Positions 15,123 through 23,484 of a stretch of 64,000 bases of DNA are shown piece by piece. Position 1 is the first letter of the stretch; every line of letters begins with the position of its first letter. This DNA is from an uncultured delta proteobacterium (GTDB taxonomy: Bacteria > Myxococcota_A > Polyangia > Haliangiales > Haliangiaceae), in the NCBI GenBank assembly GCA_963743525.1, contig CAVUQH010000005.1, positions 96,001-160,000 on the forward strand, given 5' to 3'. The translations under genes were made by a program, and so were the position numbers. The notes beneath the pieces are model-generated. The model searched no databases. It saw only the letters and a program-made list of their open reading frames with translations, and was not told the origin of the DNA.

Positions 15123-16371
15123 GCCGCGCGCGGCGCTGGTCGCCCTGTTCGGCGACGTCGTCGGCGCGCTCGACCCGGCCGAGCGGGTGGCCGCAGCAGT
15201 GCGCGCGCGACTGCCGGCGGGCACGCGGGTGCGCCTCCTGGCGGTGGGCAAGGCGGCGGCGGCGATGGCGTTGGGCGCGACGTCGGCGCTGGGCGACCGG
15301 CTCGCCGGCGGTCTGGTGGTGGCGCCGGCCGTCGCCGATCTTCCTCCCGGGCTCGAGCTGCAGATCGGAGCTCATCCGCGCGCCGACGCCCGCTCGGAGG
15401 CGGCCGGCCGGGCGCTGCTCGGCGCGGCCAGCGCGGGTGGTGCCGACCGCGTGCTGATGCTGGTCAGCGGCGGCGCGTCGGCGCTGGCGGAACTGCCGGC
15501 GCCGGGGCTGGCGCTGGCCGACGTGCAGTCGCTGGTCGATCGGCTGATGGCCGGCGGCGCACCGATCGCCGACCTCAACGCCGTGCGCAAACATCTATCG
15601 GCGCTCAAGGGCGGGCGCCTGGCCGCCGCGGCGGCGGCGCCAGTGTTGACCCTGGTCTGTTCCGATGTCGTCGGCGACGACCTGGCCACCGTCGGCAGCG
15701 GCCCGACGGTTCCCGACCCGACCACCTACGCCGACGCGGTGGCGGCGTGCGCGCGCTGGGCGGCGGACGCCACCGGCCCGGCCCGCGACCACCTCGACGC
15801 CGGCGCCCGCGGCGAGCTGGGCGAGACCCCCAAGCAGGTCCGCCCCGGCGACGAGGCGATGCTGGTCGCGGGCCTCGCCACGCTGGTCGACGAGGCCGCC
15901 GCCGCCAGCCTCCACCACCTCGGTCGCCCGGCCGAGCGCGTGGCCCAACCGCTGGTCGGGCCGGTCGAAGCGGTCGCGGCGCAGGTGGCCGACTGGCTGC
16001 GCCGGCCCGGTCCGCGGGTGGTGGTCGCCGGCGGCGAGCCGACGGTGACGCTGCCGCCGGCGCCCGGCGTGGGCGGCCGCGCCCGCCAGCTGGCGCTGCT
16101 GGTGGCCGGGGCCCTGGCCGGCCGTCCCGGCTGGACCCTGCTGGTGGCCGGCTCCGACGGTATCGACGGCACCGCCGACGCTGCCGGCGCGGTGGTCGAC
16201 GGCGGCACCTGGGCGCGGGTGCGCGCCGCCGGCATCGATCCCGACCGGGCGCTGGCCGCGTGCGACGCCGGCACGGCCCTGGCCGCCGCGGGCGATGCGC
16301 TGGTCACCGGCCCGACCGGGGTCAATCACGCCGACCTGGTCGTCGGAGTCGTCGCGCCGCCTGTGGTATGA
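15103..16371 (+). CDS. Glycerate kinase type 2 (DUF4147/MOFRL)
   Basis: AVGKAAAAM, SGGASAL, RKHLSALKGGRLA, SDVVGDD..VGSGPT, GGEPTV, DGIDG, TGPTGVN. Confidence 0.92.
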   Translation: MPTPAPEPRAALVALFGDVVGALDPAERVAAAVRARLPAGTRVRLLAVGKAAAAMALGATSALGDRLAGGLVVAPAVADLPPGLELQIGAHPRADARSEAAGRALLGAASAGGADRVLMLVSGGASALAELPAPGLALADVQSLVDRLMAGGAPIADLNAVRKHLSALKGGRLAAAAAAPVLTLVCSDVVGDDLATVGSGPTVPDPTTYADAVAACARWAADATGPARDHLDAGARGELGETPKQVRPGDEAMLVAGLATLVDEAAAASLHHLGRPAERVAQPLVGPVEAVAAQVADWLRRPGPRVVVAGGEPTVTLPPAPGVGGRARQLALLVAGALAGRPGWTLLVAGSDGIDGTADAAGAVVDGGTWARVRAAGIDPDRALAACDAGTALAAAGDALVTGPTGVNHADLVVGVVAPPVV

Positions 16372-16377
16372 GCGGGC

Positions 16378-17238
<861 letters not shown>

Positions 17239-17247
17239 TTGCCACCG

Positions 17248-17934
17248 ATGCGGCGTATCCTGGTCGTGCCTTCGGCGCTCCTCGACGAGCTCGGTCCGCT
17301 CGCGCGCCATCCGGCGTTCGAGATACGGACGGCCGAGGCCAGCGAACAGGCGCTGGCGTCGACCGCCGAGTGGCCGCCGCACCTGATCATCCTCGACGGT
17401 GCCGCCGACCGCGATCCGCTGTCGCTGTGTGCGGCGGTGCGCTCCGACCAGCGCCTGACCGACACCCGGCTGCTGCTGATCTCCAGCTTCCTGCCCGACG
17501 ATGAGGTCGAGCCCGGGGTGCTCCTGGCCCAGGCCGATGCGCATCTGATCCTGCCGATCGACGACGACGTGCTGATGCGCACCGTCGGCATGTTGGTCAA
17601 CGTCAAGCCGCGCCAGCTGGCGGCGCTGAAGCGGGAGATCCTGGCCCAGGTTCGCATCGAGGCGCGGGTCGAGCTGCCGGCGCGGTCGATGCTGGCCAAC
17701 GTCCTGGCGCTGGGCGAGAACGGCCTGGTGCTCGAGTGCGAACAGGCGCTGATCGCCGGCGACGTGGTCGCGGTGTCGTTCACCTTGCCCGGACGAGGGT
17801 TGATGGAGCTGCGCTGCATGGTGCTCACCTCCGACCAGCTGCAGCTGCACTTCGGCTGTGAGTTGATCGGCTGCTCGCCGGAGGCGCGCGACGTGATCGA
17901 GGAGCTGGTCTCCGCCGCACGGGAGAGCTCGTGA
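17248..17934 (+). CDS. Degenerate receiver domain plus degenerate PilZ-like domain
   Basis: RRILVV...PHLIILD (REC-like); C-terminal LGENGLVL...GDVVAVSFTLPG...GCEL (PilZ-like). Confidence 0.6.
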   Translation: MRRILVVPSALLDELGPLARHPAFEIRTAEASEQALASTAEWPPHLIILDGAADRDPLSLCAAVRSDQRLTDTRLLLISSFLPDDEVEPGVLLAQADAHLILPIDDDVLMRTVGMLVNVKPRQLAALKREILAQVRIEARVELPARSMLANVLALGENGLVLECEQALIAGDVVAVSFTLPGRGLMELRCMVLTSDQLQLHFGCELIGCSPEARDVIEELVSAARESS

Positions 17935-19046
17935 CCACCCTGGGGATCGATCTCGGCACGACCAACACCGTGGGCGCGTCGCGCTTCGCGGTGCTGCCGC
18001 TCGAGCTGGAGGAGGGGGCGCCGATCTTGCCGTCGGTGGTCGCCTATCCGCCCAGCGGCGTCACCCTGGTCGGCAGTCGGGCGCGCAGGCGCCGGGCGAT
18101 CGACCCGAAGAACACCATCTACTCGTCCAAGCGGTTCATCGGCCGCCGCTGGGGAAGCGCCGAGTGCGACGAGCTGGCTCGGCGCTACCCGTTCGATCTG
18201 ACCGAGGGCGCCGACGGTGGCATCGCCTTCAAGACCCGCGGTGGCTACCTCGATGCCACCGACATCGCATCGACCATCCTGCAGACCATCCGCCGCGCGG
18301 CGGGGCAGGGGATCTCGCGGGCAGTGGTCAGCGTGCCCAGCCGGTTCGGCCGCGAGCAGCGAGATGCCACCCTCGAAGCGGTGAATCGCGCCGGCTTCTT
18401 CGAGGTCGCGCTGATCGACGAGCCGGTTGCCACCGCCACCGCCTACCTGGCCGGCGGCGTCACGCCGGTGCAATACGCCGTGGTCTACGACCTGGGCGGC
18501 GGCACCTTCGACATGGCCCTCGTCGACTGCCGCCACCGGCCGTTTCGCGTCCTCGCCCACGGCGGCGACCTGTTCCTCGGCGGCGACGACATCGATCGGG
18601 CCATCGCCGCCTGGGCTGCCGATGAGGTGTCGCGCCGCCACCGCTGGGACCTGCGCGACGACCCGCTGGTCTTCGATCGACTGGTCGCCACCAGCGAGCG
18701 GGCCAAGATCCAGCTGGCGATCGAGGGAACCGGGCGCATCGACCTGGCGTCCGTCGATCCCGCCGCGCCTGCGTCGGCCGACAGCCTCGAGCTCGACCCG
18801 CCGCTGCTCGAGTCTCTCGCTCTCGACCTGGTCTACCGCTCGTTCGTCATCTGCGACGCGGTGCTGGCCGACGCCGGCGTCCGCGCCGACCAGGTCGAGG
18901 AGGTGTTCCTCGCCGGCGGCACTACCCGGCTGCCCATGGTCCGCGGCGCGGTCGCCCGCTACTTCGGCCGTCCGCCCCGCGCCGATCACGACCCGATGGC
19001 CGTGGTCGCCCTGGGCGCCAGCCTCGCCGGCGGCGACGACTGGTAA
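17931..19046 (+). CDS. Hsp70-family protein, nucleotide-binding domain only
   Basis: GIDLGTTN, AVVSVP, IDEPVATA, VYDLGGGTFD, LGGDDID, ERAKIQL, LAGGTTRLP; ends right after the NBD. Confidence 0.92.
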   Translation: MTTLGIDLGTTNTVGASRFAVLPLELEEGAPILPSVVAYPPSGVTLVGSRARRRRAIDPKNTIYSSKRFIGRRWGSAECDELARRYPFDLTEGADGGIAFKTRGGYLDATDIASTILQTIRRAAGQGISRAVVSVPSRFGREQRDATLEAVNRAGFFEVALIDEPVATATAYLAGGVTPVQYAVVYDLGGGTFDMALVDCRHRPFRVLAHGGDLFLGGDDIDRAIAAWAADEVSRRHRWDLRDDPLVFDRLVATSERAKIQLAIEGTGRIDLASVDPAAPASADSLELDPPLLESLALDLVYRSFVICDAVLADAGVRADQVEEVFLAGGTTRLPMVRGAVARYFGRPPRADHDPMAVVALGASLAGGDDW

Positions 19047-19655
19047 TCAGTCGAGGAACTCGAGGAAGCGCGCCTGCAGCAGCTTGAGGCCGCGGCCGGG
19101 GAAGTCGACCTGGACCTTGCGCGTCGGGCCGGTGCCGATCTCGCGCAGCGCCTTGCCCTCGCCGAACTTACTGTGGCGAACGCGCCGTCCGGCCATGGTG
19201 CTCTCCGGCTGAAAGGCGACCAGGCGGGCGTGCAGCGGCGGCGCGTCGGCGCCTGGCGCCAGGGTCTCCAGCCAGGCGGCCAGATCGTGGTCGCGCTCGC
19301 TGCCATCGTGGAGGTCGAACTGGACCAGCGTGCGCTCGGACTTGCGCACGCACAGGATCACGCCCGGCTCGATGAGGCCGATGCCGATCAGGTCGCCGCG
19401 AGCCCCGGCTTCGCGCAGCGCGCCGGTGTGGCCGACGACGCTGCCCAGCGTCATCGCGCAGCGGTCGGCCAGGGCGCCGGAGGCAAAGCAGGCCAGCACG
19501 TCGTCGGGCAGGCGCACGCCGACCCCGGCTTCGACGCTGCGTACCCGGTCGTTGTCCAGCTCGACCGGACCGGCATCGCCGCGCAGCGCGGACAGGGCGC
19601 GGGCGACCCGTGGCGACGGCGCCAGGTCACCGGGGGCACGAGGTTCGTCGGTCAC
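19047..19655 (-). CDS. Hypothetical protein: SMI1/KNR4-like N-terminus plus PcrA/UvrD C-terminal Tudor-like domain
   Basis: GTGA overlap with the upstream gene; VEAGVGVRLPDDVLACF; GRRVRHSKFGEG...GTGPTRKVQVDFPGRGLKLLQARF. Confidence 0.6.
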   Translation of the reverse strand: MTDEPRAPGDLAPSPRVARALSALRGDAGPVELDNDRVRSVEAGVGVRLPDDVLACFASGALADRCAMTLGSVVGHTGALREAGARGDLIGIGLIEPGVILCVRKSERTLVQFDLHDGSERDHDLAAWLETLAPGADAPPLHARLVAFQPESTMAGRRVRHSKFGEGKALREIGTGPTRKVQVDFPGRGLKLLQARFLEFLD

Positions 19656-20770
19656 GGATGGCCGAGGCGGCGGCGCCAGGTGTCGACCTCGTGGGCGAAG
19701 CGGCCCTCGGGGTAGGTCTTGCTGTACTGGTCGAGCAGTGTGCGCGCCAGGTCGCGCTTGCCCGAGCGTGCGGCCAGGCGGGCGGCGGCGAACAGCGCGT
19801 TCTCGCCCGCCGGAGTGTCGTGGTAGACGGTGGCCACCGCCTCGTAGCCGGACAGCGCCTCGGCGACGTCGCCGGCGACCATGGCGCACTCGGCGCGCAG
19901 GGTCTCGGCTTCGGCGCGCTGGCTGCGATGCGGATGGGCCTTCAGGGCGCGGGCGATGGCGGCGCGGGCGCGGTCGACCTTGCCCAGCGCCAGCGCGCGG
20001 CGGGCGCTGGCCAGCTCGTGAGTGGCCGACGGCTGCTGCGCGGCGGGCGCTGGCGCGTCCTCGACCGTCTCTTCGGCGCCTTCGTCGGGGGCTTTCGCCG
20101 CGGCGGCGGTGTCGCCCGTGGGTGCGGCCTTCGCCGGCTGCTCGTCGGTGACGATGTCGACCAGGCCGCCTTCCACGCTCCAGCTCTGTCCGGCCTCGAC
20201 CGACGGGGCCAGGATCACGCTCTGCAGCGACTCGACCCGAACGCTGCCGCGAGTGACGCGGATGCCGTCCTGCGTCACCTCGACCCGGGCGCCGGTGGCG
20301 ACCACGGCAAAGTGCGAGGTCCGGATCCGGTACGGATGCGCGGCGTCGGCCGGCAGGTCGACCTTCACCGCGCCCTGGCTGAGCATGATGCCGTCGTGCT
20401 TTTCGCGCTCGGCGATGCGCGCCGGCTGCGTGCCCGACACCGTGACGCTGGCCCGGCCCAGCTGCAGCGTGCTGCCGGGGCGCTGGTCGCGGGCGGCACC
20501 GACCTCGTCACCGCCCTTGCGCGACAGCATCATCACGACGATCGCCGCGGCCGCGGCCATGGCCACACCGCCGAACGCCAGCGCGCGCAACGGCGAGCGG
20601 CGCCGCTCGGGCGCGGAGCTCGGCATCGGCGCCGGCTGGTCGGCCTCGGTCGGTACGGCTGCGGCCAGCGCCGCCTGGATCGCCCGTTCGCGCGCTGCGC
20701 GGGGCAGCGCCGGCTGATCGCGAGCGAGCTCCGCCAGGCGCATCAGGTCGTTGTCGCGACCGCCGGTCAC
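19652..20770 (-). CDS. FecR-like transmembrane anti-sigma factor with C-terminal TPR
   Basis: TM GGVAMAAAAAIVVMML; LSQGAVKV...YRIRT..FAVVATG...RVTRGSVRV (FecR-like); TPR ending QYSKTYPEGRFA. Confidence 0.75.
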   Translation of the reverse strand: MTGGRDNDLMRLAELARDQPALPRAARERAIQAALAAAVPTEADQPAPMPSSAPERRRSPLRALAFGGVAMAAAAAIVVMMLSRKGGDEVGAARDQRPGSTLQLGRASVTVSGTQPARIAEREKHDGIMLSQGAVKVDLPADAAHPYRIRTSHFAVVATGARVEVTQDGIRVTRGSVRVESLQSVILAPSVEAGQSWSVEGGLVDIVTDEQPAKAAPTGDTAAAAKAPDEGAEETVEDAPAPAAQQPSATHELASARRALALGKVDRARAAIARALKAHPHRSQRAEAETLRAECAMVAGDVAEALSGYEAVATVYHDTPAGENALFAAARLAARSGKRDLARTLLDQYSKTYPEGRFAHEVDTWRRRLGHP

Positions 20771-21369
20771 GCCGACTCCTCGTCGTGCAGGTACGAGCGC
20801 AGCGCCGGATCCTTCTTGGCCCGCGACAGCAGCGCGCGGCGGCACCAGAAGATCCGCGACTTGGTCGCGCTGGACGACGCTCCGGTGAGCGCGGCGACTT
20901 CTTCGATCGAGTAGCCCTCGACCACGTGCAGCACGAACGCCAGGCGCTTGTCGGTGCCGATGGCATCGAGGTGATGGAACAGCCGCTCGAGCGCCTGTTG
21001 CCGGCGCGCCCGCACGTCGGGCGCCAGCTCGGGATCGGTAGGCCGCTCGGGCACCAGCTCGAGCGCGACCTGGCGCTTGCGGTGCGGGCGCCGCAGGTGC
21101 TGCTTGACGATGTTGACCGCGATGCGGCACAGCCAGGTCTTGACCGACGCCTCGCCGCGGTAGCGCGGGAACGATTTGACCGCGGCGATCAAGGTTTGCT
21201 GCAGCAGGTCCTCGAGCTCGGCGTCGGGGCCAACCATGCGTCCGATCAGCCGCTCGACCGCCGGTGCGTTTTCTCGCAGCACCACCTCGAGCGCCGCGTT
21301 GTCGCCGTGGCGACAGCGGTCGATGAGCTCGAGGTCGGGTTGCTCCGCCCGGGGGTTGGGCTCGGACAC
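20767..21369 (-). CDS. ECF RNA polymerase sigma factor
   Basis: DLELIDRCRHGD..A, LEDLLQQT, YRGEASVKTWLCRIAVN, FVLHVVEGYSIEEVA...TKSRIF. Confidence 0.93.
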   Translation of the reverse strand: MSEPNPRAEQPDLELIDRCRHGDNAALEVVLRENAPAVERLIGRMVGPDAELEDLLQQTLIAAVKSFPRYRGEASVKTWLCRIAVNIVKQHLRRPHRKRQVALELVPERPTDPELAPDVRARRQQALERLFHHLDAIGTDKRLAFVLHVVEGYSIEEVAALTGASSSATKSRIFWCRRALLSRAKKDPALRSYLHDEESA

Positions 21370-21410
21370 GATACGACCAGTATAGAGGAGGGAAGGGCGG
21401 AGCGGATCGG

Positions 21411-22433
21411 CTACGGGATGTGCCCGACCAGTGAAATCCCCAGCTCGCCACGCAGTCGGCCCAGGTCGATGATCTCGAGCTCGTTGACCAGGAAGTGCTG
21501 ACGCAGCACGGCGAGCTCCATGCCGGCCCAGGCGCGCGCTTCCAGTGGTCCCCACAGCTGTCGCCGCGCTTCGATCTCGGCACCCAGGGTAGGGATCCAA
21601 ACCACATCGGATCCCTGGGTGTTGGCGGGAGTGCGACCGTCGGCGGCCGCCCGTCGCACGCCCGCGGCGAGACCGCCGCCGATGGCAAAGCCGCGTCGAG
21701 CAAACAGCGCCCGCACCCACGCGGTAATTCCCAGGTCGCGCACGCGCACGTAGCCCGACGCGTTTTCCTTTTCCACGCTGGTCGCCCACCACGCGTTGGC
21801 CACCAGCTCGCCGCGGAGTCAACCGCGGCGCACGCCGATGCCACCTTCGGCGCCCACCGCCAGCTGCCGGCCCAGATCGCCCTGCAGTGCGTGGGGGCCG
21901 GCGGCGACCACCGCCTCTCGCCGCCACGGGTCGGTGGGCGGTGGCGGTGGCGGCGGCGGTGGCGGTGGCGGCGGTGGCTTCTTCTCGTGCTCTTTGGGCG
22001 CCGGTAGCGCGGCCAGATCGACGACCTCGCGCACCTTGAGCGCCAGTGCGCGCACCGCCTCGGGGCCGCCGGTCTCGGCGATGTGGAAGACGTCGACCAC
22101 CGCGCGGCCGTCGCGGCGGGAGGCGATGTACAGCAAGTAGCCCGGCTCGTCCCCCTGCTCGACCCACACCGCCATGGCGCCCGGGGCGTCGAGCACGGCC
22201 GAGGCGCTCTCCAGCTTGTCCGCGGTGGTGGTGCCGGTGACCTGGCCGCCGACCGACACCGTGGCCGCCCCGATCAGCTGGATGCGCAGCGCGTCGAGGA
22301 AGCCGTCGGGCAGCGGCTGATCCGGCACCGTGAGAGCCACTACGCGGGCGGGCGGTGGCGGGGGCGGAGCGGGCGACGGTGCCGGCGGCGCCATCGGCAG
22401 GATGGCGAGCAGGGTTGCGGCCAGAGGGAACAT
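21411..22433 (-). CDS. Exported/outer-membrane-like protein with Pro-rich linker; in-frame TGA at 21819-21821 (probably CGA)
   Basis: ORFs 21819..22433 and 21411..21803 share a frame. Read-through gives G[R]LRGELV, echoing GRLRGELG near the C-terminus. Confidence 0.65.
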
Positions 22434-22502
22434 CGATGTACGCGGACATCTTACCCGCCGACTTCAACCGAAAGGGCCGCCGGGGCGACTAGACTAGTGG
22501 TG

Positions 22503-23300
22503 ATGAGGTTCCGGCTCCTATGCGTCGCTGCCGCCGTGGCGTCGATGTCCTGCAACGCCAGAACCAACCTCGCCTCCGACGACGGTGGCGCGGCGACGTT
22601 CGCGGATGCCGATCCCGCCGCGCCCGACGCCGGGCCGAACGCCGGCTGCCAGCCGGGCGGCGTCCAGTGCAACAACTGCGTCGACGACGACGGCGACACG
22701 CTCATCGACGGCTTCGATCCCGAGTGCACCAGCATCCTCGACGATCGCGAGGACAGCTTCGCCACCGGCATCCCCGGCGACAACTCCGACCGCACCAAGC
22801 AGGATTGCTTCTACGACGGCGACAGCGGCGCCGGCAACGACGGCTGCGATCTCCACGTCTGCTGCCTGCTCGACGTCTGCCCTCCCAACCTCCCCGGGCC
22901 CAAGTTCGACCCCAGCAAATGCACCGTGACCCAGGAGTGCATCGACAACTGCAGCCCGCTGACCCCGCCCGGCTGCGACTGCTTCGGCTGCTGCACCATC
23001 TGCAACGGCGCCGGCTGCTTCGACGTCTTCACCAACCCGGCGGTCGCTCCGGATTGCCAGGCCAGGTACGCCGACGACCCCGACAAGTGCCCCCGCTGCA
23101 CCAAGAACGCCGACTGCGGCGGCGGCGGCTGCAATCCGCTCGAGTGCATCCTGTGCCCGGGCCAGAACCCGGACGATCTGCCCCCCAGCTGCGGCGGCGG
23201 CACCCAGTGTCCGGCCGGCGTGACGCCCTGCGTCACGACGTCGGACTGCCTGGAAATGCAGTTTTGCGCCGGCGGATGCTGCATCGGCGCAATTCAGTAG
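22503..23300 (+). CDS. Cys-rich myxobacterial lipoprotein
   Basis: Lipobox [26 protein letters not shown]a-binding-like motif; many Cys residues. Confidence 0.8.
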   Translation: MRFRLLCVAAAVASMSCNARTNLASDDGGAATFADADPAAPDAGPNAGCQPGGVQCNNCVDDDGDTLIDGFDPECTSILDDREDSFATGIPGDNSDRTKQDCFYDGDSGAGNDGCDLHVCCLLDVCPPNLPGPKFDPSKCTVTQECIDNCSPLTPPGCDCFGCCTICNGAGCFDVFTNPAVAPDCQARYADDPDKCPRCTKNADCGGGGCNPLECILCPGQNPDDLPPSCGGGTQCPAGVTPCVTTSDCLEMQFCAGGCCIGAIQ

Positions 23301-23412
23301 CCCCCTGCGTTTTTCTTTCAACCCGGATCCGGGCTGCCGCAACCATGTCTATTGCAGGGGGACCCGCAGAGCTTCCAACATCCCGACATAATGGGGCTCG
23401 TAAAGCGGGGTT

Positions 23413-23461
23413 CGCAGGCCTGGTTCCGGGGAGAAATCCCGGCTCCAGGCCCGCGTTTTTT
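23413..23461 (+). terminator. Rho-independent terminator between convergent genes
   Basis: Stem CGCAGGCCTGG..CCGGG / CCCGG..CCAGGCCCGCG followed by TTTTTT. Confidence 0.7.
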
Positions 23462-23484
23462 CGGCCCCGGGCGCGGTCTCAGCG

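Noticed and set aside
21819..21821. Selenocysteine or stop read-through at the in-frame TGA
   Set aside because: The context predicts Arg (CGA) within GTCGAC, and this is not a redox-enzyme context.
23301..23412. Possible ncRNA between convergent genes
   Set aside because: Only short stems and a 12-bp palindrome; no recognisable RNA family.
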